Shown here piece by piece: positions 23,999-31,312 of a DNA stretch of 64,000 bases. A program made the translations under genes and the position numbers. Under the pieces are notes generated by a model. It worked only from the letters and a program-made list of their open reading frames with translations, searched no databases and was not told the origin of the DNA. The stretch is taken from IMG/VR virus record IMGVR_UViG_3300047157_000084, one strand, 5' to 3'. This DNA is from an uncultured virus (IMG/VR IMGVR_UViG_3300047157_000084) (Duplodnaviria; Heunggongvirae; Uroviricota; Caudoviricetes). Each line of letters opens with the position of its first letter. Position 1 is the stretch's first letter.

Positions 23999-24006
23999 TC
24001 GTATTT
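23983..24006 (-). promoter_or_regulatory. Class I phage promoter motif AAATACGA-N8-GGATAATA
   Basis: One of 7 fixed-spacing copies. Confidence 0.7.
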
Positions 24007-24087
24007 AATTTGTGTTACCTTGGTTATTAGGGTTGTTTACAAAGTCAGTATATTCAAACTTATCTGAGACCATTTTTTAATATATCA

Positions 24088-24477
24088 TCAGGTTTTGCTT
24101 ACAAATACACAAGAGTTTGTATATTGATTCCAGCAAGTTATCCATACATCAGGTTTACCTGTCCATATAATATAAGTGTAATTATGATCTATATTTTCGT
24201 GAGATGGATATAAGTATTGACTATTGTAATGAAAGTCTTTTACTAAGTGTGATGCTACTCTTGATCCGTCACCGAACTGAGTAAAACCTTTTACTTCTTG
24301 CATGTGCTTAACCCAGTTAGCAAGCTCTACAGCTCTGTATTCAGGGTAACCATCATGATGTAAATACATATTTACATAGCTATAGTCACTGACTACACTT
24401 GGATCACAAGCAAAGCCTAGGTCATTATCTTCCGCAGCCGACCTTGGTACTACCATTGTTACATTTCTTGTTGACAT
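24088..24477 (-). CDS. Hypothetical early protein with YxHxDGYP motif
   Basis: YLHHDGYPE. Confidence 0.6.
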   Translation of the reverse strand: MSTRNVTMVVPRSAAEDNDLGFACDPSVVSDYSYVNMYLHHDGYPEYRAVELANWVKHMQEVKGFTQFGDGSRVASHLVKDFHYNSQYLYPSHENIDHNYTYIIWTGKPDVWITCWNQYTNSCVFVSKT

Positions 24478-24478
24478 A

Positions 24479-24769
24479 TTAATCTAGTAATTTCATATAA
24501 GCTTTAGGATTAGTATCTCTAAACCAGTCCATACCTTTTATTAATTCTTTTCTTAGTTTAGTTATATATGGGTCTTCTATATTTGAGTCGCTGTCAAACG
24601 TTACTTCTATAGTATATGTAGCACCCATTATAAAATCATACATACTAGCTTCTGCTCCGGTTAATAGGCAACTTTCACCACTAAATGGGTTAGTTACCTC
24701 TTCTGGTGAGCTATACCAGGCGCCTTTGAACCACTCTGGTTTAGTTTGTTGTTTCAATGTATCCTTCAT
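24479..24769 (-). CDS. Hypothetical early protein
   Basis: Intact ORF in operon. Confidence 0.55.
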   Translation of the reverse strand: MKDTLKQQTKPEWFKGAWYSSPEEVTNPFSGESCLLTGAEASMYDFIMGATYTIEVTFDSDSNIEDPYITKLRKELIKGMDWFRDTNPKAYMKLLD

Positions 24770-25196
24770 CTATTAGTATATCTTTAATTTCTTGTTCTTG
24801 TATTTCACAAATACTCTGGTATATCTCGCTGAACATATCTGAGTACCAGTACTCATCTATAAAGTCAGATGCTACATATATTTCTTCGCATCCGCCGCCT
24901 CTGATAGCATCTTCTAGCTCTGTAGCTAAATTATTATCATAGTAATGCACGTGTTCACCTACACATATATTTCTATCGTCGTAAGTGGCAACAAATACCT
25001 CATAACCATCAGCTGTGTTTTCTGGATAACAATAGAAGTCTGCATTGCTGGTGTAGTCGTCGTGTATAGCAACGTCATAGTATTTTAATACTGCCGCTTG
25101 TACAAACTCTTCATCTTGAAGCTTATCACCGTCAGTTGGTAAACCTCTTTTGATCATTTCTTTTTCTATGATCTCGTCTGTTATATACTTTTTCAT
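24741..25196 (-). CDS. Acidic hypothetical early protein
   Basis: Intact ORF, strongly Asp/Glu-rich. Confidence 0.6.
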   Translation of the reverse strand: MKKYITDEIIEKEMIKRGLPTDGDKLQDEEFVQAAVLKYYDVAIHDDYTSNADFYCYPENTADGYEVFVATYDDRNICVGEHVHYYDNNLATELEDAIRGGGCEEIYVASDFIDEYWYSDMFSEIYQSICEIQEQEIKDILIDEGYIETTN

Positions 25197-25432
25197 GATT
25201 TATCAATTATTTTTTCGCCATACATAAAGCTGTAAGAGTCTAGTTTCCAGCTGTCTAGGTTACCATAAGTCAATAGATCTCTGATTTGGTCGACTTGTAG
25301 TTCTGACCACATCATTTTAGACATAAGAGTATACTTAAGTCTTTTTGCAGTACTGTACTTTCTTGCACTAGCCTGCAATTCTGTTTTAACGTCGGGCAAT
25401 AGCATGTCGTAGACGGATTTAATTTTAGTCAT
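25193..25432 (-). CDS. Hypothetical early protein
   Basis: Intact ORF directly downstream of class I promoter. Confidence 0.55.
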   Translation of the reverse strand: MTKIKSVYDMLLPDVKTELQASARKYSTAKRLKYTLMSKMMWSELQVDQIRDLLTYGNLDSWKLDSYSFMYGEKIIDKS

Positions 25433-25459
25433 ATTTATTATTTAATTTAATTACGTATT

Positions 25460-25483
25460 TATTATCCTATTGTCATCGTATTT
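25460..25483 (-). promoter_or_regulatory. Class I phage promoter motif
   Basis: Plus strand TATTATCC-tattgtca-TCGTATTT. Confidence 0.7.
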
Positions 25484-25494
25484 AGGATGTGTTG

Positions 25495-25567
25495 TTGCGG
25501 TAGAAGGATTCGAACCAACGACCTCATGGTTATGAGCCATGCGAGCTGACCACTGCTCTATACCGCA
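25495..25567 (-). tRNA. tRNA-Met (CAT), initiator-like D stem, no encoded CCA
   Basis: TGCGGTA/TACCGCA acceptor stem, GAGC/GCTC D stem, CATGG-CTCATAA-CCATG anticodon arm, TTCGAAT T loop (two U-U mismatches in T stem). Confidence 0.85.
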
Positions 25568-25575
25568 TTGTATTA

Positions 25576-25663
25576 AGAGAGATGTGCCCACGAAGCGCTT
25601 CGTTTACGTAAACCCGCCGTTGTTTGTTGGACAAGTATATCTCTGCATATCTGCCATCTCTCT
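25576..25663 (-). ncRNA. Putative structured small RNA B
   Basis: 9-bp closing stem AGAGAGATG/CATCTCTCT, inner TGTCCA/TGGGCA helix, CGAAGCGCTTCG hairpin; fills gap between tmRNA-like RNA and tRNA. Confidence 0.5.
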
Positions 25664-25665
25664 GT

Positions 25666-25790
25666 TGGTGGAAGTGGGCGGAATCGAACCGCCGTTTATA
25701 ACTGTCACTACGACTGGCTTTGTACAACTGATACAAGCTTGAAGCCAAGACGTCGATTTACTGTTAGGTTATACTTACCTTATCACTCCC
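25666..25790 (-). ncRNA. Minimal tmRNA-like RNA (tRNA-like domain only, G3-U70, encoded CCA)
   Basis: GGGAGTG/CACTTCC-A-CCA acceptor; stemless D loop; TATAAC/GTTATA helix; AAC linker; GGCGG-TTCGATT-CCGCC T arm; ~65-nt hairpin instead of anticodon arm or tag ORF. Confidence 0.75.
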
Positions 25791-25793
25791 TTT

Positions 25794-25871
25794 TCGAGGC
25801 ACCAGTCGCGGACCGGTACTAACTAGTATTATGCTTTATCCGCGCTTTTGACCAGTATGCCGCCGCCTCGA
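25794..25871 (-). ncRNA. Putative structured small RNA A
   Basis: TCGAGGC/GCCTCGA closing stem, CGCGGA/TCCGCG inner helix, TACTA-gt-TAGTA hairpin; GC-rich in an AT-rich genome. Confidence 0.5.
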
Positions 25872-25928
25872 TTGCTAGCTATTCACTTATGTGATGGAGC
25901 ACCTCTTTTTAGAACCATCCTAATTAAG

Positions 25929-26120
25929 TTACTCGTCTAGCTTATTTTGTTCGTGTATTTCTACAGCTTTTCTAATATCTTCTATATTATAATCTATTAG
26001 TATTCTGTATGCTTTTTTATTTTCTTGGCCTATACCTGCTGCGGCCATTTCTTTATCTGCTTGCAGTGAAGCTTTAATTTCTTCTTGCATTTCATACCAT
26101 GCTTTTACTGAATCACTCAT
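25929..26120 (-). CDS. Hypothetical early protein
   Basis: Intact ORF overlapping neighbour. Confidence 0.5.
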   Translation of the reverse strand: MSDSVKAWYEMQEEIKASLQADKEMAAAGIGQENKKAYRILIDYNIEDIRKAVEIHEQNKLDE

Positions 26121-26320
26121 GATTTTATGTATTTATTAGCGAGTTTACCGATAACGAGCTGCATCAAGTAACTATGAGCTTCGTTTATATCTGGTGTAGA
26201 GCTTAGTAATGATTTAGCATCGCTACCGGTTAATGTCCACTCGCATATTCTGTATATTTCTTCTACTGCTTCATGTGTAGCTTTGTCAGCTAACATATCA
26301 AATTCTTTAGTTTTACTCAT
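26117..26320 (-). CDS. Hypothetical early protein
   Basis: Intact ORF with AACTATG start context. Confidence 0.55.
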   Translation of the reverse strand: MSKTKEFDMLADKATHEAVEEIYRICEWTLTGSDAKSLLSSTPDINEAHSYLMQLVIGKLANKYIKS

Positions 26321-26333
26321 AGTTTTATATTTA

Positions 26334-26543
26334 TTATCTTAGACATGTGCCATAACCTCGTCGAGCGCCTAGCTTTCTTACACGTTTCGCCTGTTCTTTC
26401 GGCATAATCTGAATGGTATTACCGGTTTTGTGGTAAGTGATAGCAATACAGCCATATGGTTGAGTAGTGCTACATTCGACGCAAGAGGTATAACCTAGTG
26501 CTAGACGCTGCGGAGGTATTATATTTTTACATTTACATTTCAT
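26334..26543 (-). CDS. DksA/TraR-type C4 zinc-finger protein
   Basis: CKCKNIIPPQRLALGYTSCVEC matches C..C..IP..RL.....C..C. Confidence 0.6.
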   Translation of the reverse strand: MKCKCKNIIPPQRLALGYTSCVECSTTQPYGCIAITYHKTGNTIQIMPKEQAKRVRKLGARRGYGTCLR

Positions 26544-26550
26544 ACAATAT

Positions 26551-26574
26551 TATTATCCAATTTTATTCGTATTT
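26551..26574 (-). promoter_or_regulatory. Class I phage promoter motif
   Basis: Plus strand TATTATCC-aattttat-TCGTATTT. Confidence 0.7.
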
Positions 26575-26981
26575 ATATTGTGTACGTAGTTTCTTAGGTA
26601 AAATTCTAGCATATATTGTAATCTTGCCATACCGCTATATATTTTAGCTCTTGAAATAGTTGTATATTTTTTAGTTATAGTCTTGTCACCTTCTAAAAAT
26701 ACCCACCTTTTTTCACGTTTATACGTAGGATTTAGTTGATAATTAGATGAACAAGAGTTTTGGTTTCTAACATAGCCAGTTTTAAAGCAAGCTAATCTTA
26801 GTTTGTTGCTATTTGGCCATGTTTTTCTTGATGGTACAGGGAATTCGAACTCTCTTGTGCCATTTATTGCTTGTCTTTGTGTAGTTACTTCACGAATATT
26901 GTACTCGATTAGTAATGCTCTTGCAAAAGAGTCTTCTAACATTTGTTGTTCTTGTCGCCAAGTGTATTTATTTATACTCAT
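26553..26981 (-). CDS. Hypothetical basic early protein
   Basis: Intact 142-aa ORF with AACTATG start. Confidence 0.55.
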   Translation of the reverse strand: MSINKYTWRQEQQMLEDSFARALLIEYNIREVTTQRQAINGTREFEFPVPSRKTWPNSNKLRLACFKTGYVRNQNSCSSNYQLNPTYKREKRWVFLEGDKTITKKYTTISRAKIYSGMARLQYMLEFYLRNYVHNINTNKIG

Positions 26982-26983
26982 AG

Positions 26984-27238
26984 TTAATTATTATATTGTT
27001 TACGCCATGACATTTCATCGCTGTGTGGTGCATATTTATTCCAGTGATCTACTACTTTGTTAGTCCAACCACCATATTCTTTGTCAACCGCTGCATTAAT
27101 TAGCTCTAGTTGACGTCTACCTGACTCGTAATATCTATTATCATCACTCATACAGTAAGTAAAGTCGTGCTGCTTGATCATATCGAAAGCAGGTAAATCA
27201 TCAAAGTATATTGGTTTATTCGACATAGCTAATACCAT
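26984..27238 (-). CDS. Hypothetical early protein with HDFTYCMSDD motif
   Basis: H-D-x-x-Y-x-x-S-D-D motif common in small phage proteins. Confidence 0.55.
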   Translation of the reverse strand: MVLAMSNKPIYFDDLPAFDMIKQHDFTYCMSDDNRYYESGRRQLELINAAVDKEYGGWTNKVVDHWNKYAPHSDEMSWRKQYNN

Positions 27239-27364
27239 TTATAGTTATATATTTAGACCACTCTTTTGCATAAGGCACTCTGTCGTGCATTACACCGTCA
27301 ACTAATACACTTTGTGGTACGTTGTGTACATTATAGTTTAAGTATTTTATTGTTTTCATATTAT

Positions 27365-27388
27365 TATTATCCAACTTTGTTCGTATTT
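27365..27388 (-). promoter_or_regulatory. Class I phage promoter motif
   Basis: Plus strand TATTATCC-aactttgt-TCGTATTT. Confidence 0.7.
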
Positions 27389-28073
27389 ATATTGTATTTT
27401 CTATACCAAGCGTCTTCTATCATCATTATTTCTCGACGAGTTAGCTTGATAATCTTCTTACTTGTATGTTTTCTAGAGCGTGCCATAGTGTACATCAGTA
27501 TATTCTTCAACAGTTACCCATTTCTCTATTTCATTAGAGTATATCATTCCGTCAATTACATGCTCGTCACTAAACGACCATAGTTTCTCGTGTTTAAATT
27601 TTCTCATAGTTTATTAGTTTTTTGATAGAATTTAATTCTTTGTTCTACATCTTGACGAGTCAGCTCGCCTTCCATTTGTCTACCGATATAGTAAGTCATA
27701 TCTATTTGCTTACCATTTTCACAAGTTAATATCCACTGCATAATTATATAGTTACACCGTTAAACACTATCTGATAAGACATGAAGATTATACCTGTTGT
27801 TGCTAGTGGTAGTAAGAAACCAAAAGCTACTGCTTCACATATTAGTTCAAATACTGGCTTACCTTTTACATAGTTGTACACTTTGTTCTGTACGAATTTA
27901 ATTTTACTCATAGTTATTTATTTATTTAGATTAGTGAAATTCATTGTATATTGCTAAAACTTCTCTTTGTTCTAACTTAGTTAATTGAAATACATTTTTT
28001 TCTGGGAATAGTTGCTTAGCTATTCTATTTAATTAAAGCTGATTGATTATACATATTATTAAGATTTTATTAG

Positions 28074-28114
28074 TTGACATGGTGAGAATCGAACTCACAT
28101 TAACCATTATGTCA
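28074..28114 (-). ncRNA. tRNA minihelix-like element (acceptor stem + T arm, no anticodon arm)
   Basis: TGACATA-ATGGTTAAT-GTGAG-TTCGATT-CTCAC-CATGTCA-A. Confidence 0.6.
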
Positions 28115-28173
28115 TTTTACTCATTCACAATTTATACTGTTAGAAACAAGTGGAACTCACAGTGAAGTTAAAG

Positions 28174-28401
28174 TTATACTAACTCTTTACCTCTTACTGC
28201 TAATGGAATATTGTTAGTAGCAGTGTATGACTTGTACTTTAACCAACATGGTAAGTTAGTTAGTGTATCTTTCATGATAGAATATACTTTGTCATGATTG
28301 TAAATTATCTTGTCACCTTTTTTGTTAGTGAATTCAAATGTTACATTTTTGCCAATTAGTGATTGTCTTACAACAAATCTTTTAGTGATTAAATTACTCA
28401 T
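28174..28401 (-). CDS. Hypothetical early protein
   Basis: Intact ORF directly downstream of class I promoter at 28440-28463. Confidence 0.6.
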   Translation of the reverse strand: MSNLITKRFVVRQSLIGKNVTFEFTNKKGDKIIYNHDKVYSIMKDTLTNLPCWLKYKSYTATNNIPLAVRGKELV

Positions 28402-28439
28402 AGTTATTATATTTATTTATTATTATTTAGTTACATTAT

Positions 28440-28463
28440 TATTATCCATATTACTTAGTATTT
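28440..28463 (-). promoter_or_regulatory. Class I phage promoter motif (AAATACTA variant)
   Basis: Plus strand TATTATCC-atattact-TAGTATTT. Confidence 0.65.
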
Positions 28464-28604
28464 ATTATGTGTGTAAAGTGGATACTTTGTTTAGTTATTG
28501 TTTATTAGTTAGTAGTATTCCACACTGTCTCACAACTTCTAAATTAGTTTGGAAATTAAATGTGTTTACTATTATCATATTATATTGTTTGTTACTTACA
28601 TATC

Positions 28605-28628
28605 TATTATCCATTTGTAATAGTATTT
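28605..28628 (-). promoter_or_regulatory. Class I phage promoter motif (AAATACTA variant)
   Basis: Plus strand TATTATCC-atttgtaa-TAGTATTT. Confidence 0.65.
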
Positions 28629-28685
28629 ATTATGTGAGTGTAATATAAATTAGTTAGTGAAGTGAATTGATGCTATACACATGGT

Positions 28686-28709
28686 AAACACGAAATCCTA
28701 TGGATAATA
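28686..28709 (+). promoter_or_regulatory. Class I phage promoter motif, rightward copy
   Basis: AAACACGA-aatcctat-GGATAATA. Confidence 0.55.
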
Positions 28710-28815
28710 AGGTAAAGCAAGGCGGGGCCCGTCAATATATATTCATTTTTCTTTTTTAAAAGTTTTAGTGAGTAGTAGGGGCAACCCTATACCCCATTAT
28801 ATCTTATGCTTTTTT

Positions 28816-28862
28816 TGTGACATTAGCCTTTAATAGTATATAAGTAACTACCTATTGTCACA
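28816..28862. repeat. Dyad element copy 2 at the divergent strand switch
   Basis: TGTGACATTAG...CTATTGTCACA (10/11 inverted match); similar to 21875-21919. Confidence 0.6.
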
Positions 28863-28866
28863 CTCT

Positions 28867-28894
28867 TTAAATATACTTTATTTTGTGTAATTAT
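28867..28894 (+). promoter_or_regulatory. Putative class II promoter at start of late arm
   Basis: TTAAA-N15-GTAATTAT, 27 nt before ATG 28922. Confidence 0.5.
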
Positions 28895-28921
28895 TATAAC
28901 ATAAGATAAATACTAAAATCT

Positions 28922-29155
28922 ATGCCAAAGCAAAAACTATCCAAACGCGCGGCTCTGGCTAAAAAGAAAAGAGATCTCGCTACAGCAAACAGTCCTAGAC
29001 GTAAAGCTATGAGAGCTGAAAACCAGAGATTAAGACGTGCTAGAAAGAAAGCAGGTAAAAGCTTAAAAGGCTTAGATTATGACCATAAAACCAAAAGGTT
29101 TACAACAGTAAAAAAGAACCGTGGAAACAGAGGACACGGTACAAAGAAAGAATAA
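28922..29155 (+). CDS. Small basic protein with degenerate HNH-like motif
   Basis: GLDYDHK...KKNRG. Confidence 0.5.
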   Translation: MPKQKLSKRAALAKKKRDLATANSPRRKAMRAENQRLRRARKKAGKSLKGLDYDHKTKRFTTVKKNRGNRGHGTKKE

Positions 29156-29187
29156 CCAAACCTCTGATAACCTAAAAAACCTAAATT

Positions 29188-29478
29188 ATGACGTTTTTTT
29201 ACAAGACTAGTACGTGGAATAGTCAACCACAAATTACCCAACAAACCGTTGATATTTGGAAGCATTTAGCTTCTAAGAAGAACTGGAGAATAGTTCAACT
29301 ACCCAACGGATTTTTTCAAACCGAATACCATGACATCGAAGATAAAGATGTATGGCACGACGTTACAAGACGTGAGACAATTAAAGGGGCGGAAGCTGCT
29401 ATTGATGGATCAGTCGAACATTACAACAAAAAGCTTGAGTTTATCAAAGGCCCAAAGGTTGTAAAAACATTTAAATAA
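29188..29478 (+). CDS. Hypothetical protein
   Basis: Intact ORF. Confidence 0.6.
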   Translation: MTFFYKTSTWNSQPQITQQTVDIWKHLASKKNWRIVQLPNGFFQTEYHDIEDKDVWHDVTRRETIKGAEAAIDGSVEHYNKKLEFIKGPKVVKTFK

Positions 29479-29505
29479 TATATAATTAACTAACAATTTA
29501 ATTTA

Positions 29506-31077
29506 ATGGAATATAGTCAACCAAGCGAGATCGTAAAAGATCTTAACTTTGGCGTCGATGCTAAAGACAAAATAATGAATGGTGTAGATAAATTAGCGAA
29601 AGCTGTTAAGTCTACATTAGGAGCTTCCGGTAAGTGTGTCATATATGAAGATACTTTCGGTAGACCACTGGTCACAAAAGATGGTGTAACCGTTGCGGAC
29701 AGCGTAGTCTTGTATGACCCGGTGGAAAATATAGGTGCAACACTTATTAAAGAAGCCTCTAAAAACACAGTGAAAGAAGCAGGTGACGGTACTACTACAG
29801 CTATCGTCCTTGCTGAATCACTATTAAAAACCGCAATAGAACCTGAATACAAAGATATAAGTATAAGGGATATTAAAGGTGGTATACAGTCTGGTTACGA
29901 TAAAGTAATAGACTACATAAAAGATAATACAACACCAGTTACAGGTGATACATTAAACCATGTATCTGTAATAAGTTGCAACAATGATAAAGAACTAGGT
30001 GAGTTAATTGCCGGTACTTATGACAAAGTTGGTAAAGATGGCGTAGTTTTAATGGAGGAGAGTGAAACAAACATCACTTATTCTGATATTGTAGAGGGTA
30101 TACAAATATCTTCTAAGCTAACATCACCACATTTTGTAACAAATAAAGATAGACAGCTATGTGAGCTTGATAATCCTTATGTATTAATAGTTGCATCGGA
30201 GATACCTAGTGTAAGAAAGATACAAATAATACTAGAACATGTTATAAAAGCTAATAGAAGCTTACTTATAGTAGCATCTGTTAGTACTCAAGTTAAATCA
30301 GCACTCTTAATGAACAAAGTTAAGGGTAATATAAAGGTTAATATAGTTGATACACCTGGTTTTGGTGCTGGTAAAAGAGATACAATAGAAGATTTAGCGC
30401 TATTAACTGGTGCTAAAGTTATAGACGAAGAGTTAGGAGATGATTTAGATCTGATCCGACCAGATTGTTTAGGTGAAGTAGTAAAATCTGTCACAGATAA
30501 CAGAACTACAGTCCTGACAACTGGTTTATTACACGAAGAAGTATCCAATAGGATAAAAGAAATTGAAAAAAAGCTAACAGAAACTAAAGATCCTTTCTTT
30601 AAAAAGAAATTTCAAGAAAGATTAGCTATGTTAAGCGGATCTGTAGGTGTGATTAAAGTCGGTGCTGACTCAAAAGTCGAGCTAAAAGAGAAAAAAGATA
30701 GAGTTGAGGATGCGATTTACGCAGTTAAGGCTGCTTTACAAGAAGGAATTGTTCCTGGAGGTGGAATTGCACTGTTAAATGCTGCGGATAATATGAATCC
30801 TAAGAATTTTGGTGAAGAAATACTGATGAAAGCGATAAAATCACCGTTTTTTACCATAATGTCTAACGCTAGTATTGAAGAATACGATATACCTACTAAA
30901 AAAGGTAAAGGTTATGACGTTACAACAGGTAAAGTTGTTGATATGGTTGATTCTGGTATAGTAGATCCGGCTTTGGTTACTAAAACAGCACTAAAGAACG
31001 CAGTTAGTGTTGCTAAAACTATAATTTCTGCGGATTGTATAATTTCAAACATAAGATTAGACAATGCGAGCAGTTAA
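29506..31077 (+). CDS. groEL: Phage chaperonin GroEL
   Basis: TKDGVTVA, AGDGTTTA, PGFG, ERLAML, KDRVEDA, GIVPGGG, GIVDP. Confidence 0.97.
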   Translation: MEYSQPSEIVKDLNFGVDAKDKIMNGVDKLAKAVKSTLGASGKCVIYEDTFGRPLVTKDGVTVADSVVLYDPVENIGATLIKEASKNTVKEAGDGTTTAIVLAESLLKTAIEPEYKDISIRDIKGGIQSGYDKVIDYIKDNTTPVTGDTLNHVSVISCNNDKELGELIAGTYDKVGKDGVVLMEESETNITYSDIVEGIQISSKLTSPHFVTNKDRQLCELDNPYVLIVASEIPSVRKIQIILEHVIKANRSLLIVASVSTQVKSALLMNKVKGNIKVNIVDTPGFGAGKRDTIEDLALLTGAKVIDEELGDDLDLIRPDCLGEVVKSVTDNRTTVLTTGLLHEEVSNRIKEIEKKLTETKDPFFKKKFQERLAMLSGSVGVIKVGADSKVELKEKKDRVEDAIYAVKAALQEGIVPGGGIALLNAADNMNPKNFGEEILMKAIKSPFFTIMSNASIEEYDIPTKKGKGYDVTTGKVVDMVDSGIVDPALVTKTALKNAVSVAKTIISADCIISNIRLDNASS

Positions 31078-31312
31078 TTATTATATAGTAGTAGAGAATA
31101 TTAAGTCAGAACCTAAAAAAATTGCAGGTTTAATAGTAAAAGACGAAGAAAATAGATATTCTAAAGGAAAAGTTATCACAATAGGTAATTTAGTACAAGG
31201 AGTGTGTGATAATGATATAGTACACTATGATAAACATGTTGGGCACAGTATTAACTGGCAAGACAATGAATATCAGGTTATCACAATAAAAGACGTAGTC
31301 TTGGTAGAATGA
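31064..31312 (+). CDS. groES: Phage co-chaperonin GroES
   Basis: 82 aa directly after groEL; KKIAGLIV mobile loop, GKVITIG, DIVHY, KDVV. Confidence 0.8.
   Translation: MRAVNYYIVVENIKSEPKKIAGLIVKDEENRYSKGKVITIGNLVQGVCDNDIVHYDKHVGHSINWQDNEYQVITIKDVVLVE

Noticed and set aside
25530..25748. ORFs 25530..25748 (-) and 25539..25742 (+)
   Set aside because: Overlap the tRNA and structured RNAs; open only because the region is GC-rich
26836..26856. GGGAATTCGAACTCTC as a tRNA T arm
   Set aside because: Inside a coding ORF; no acceptor stem can be formed
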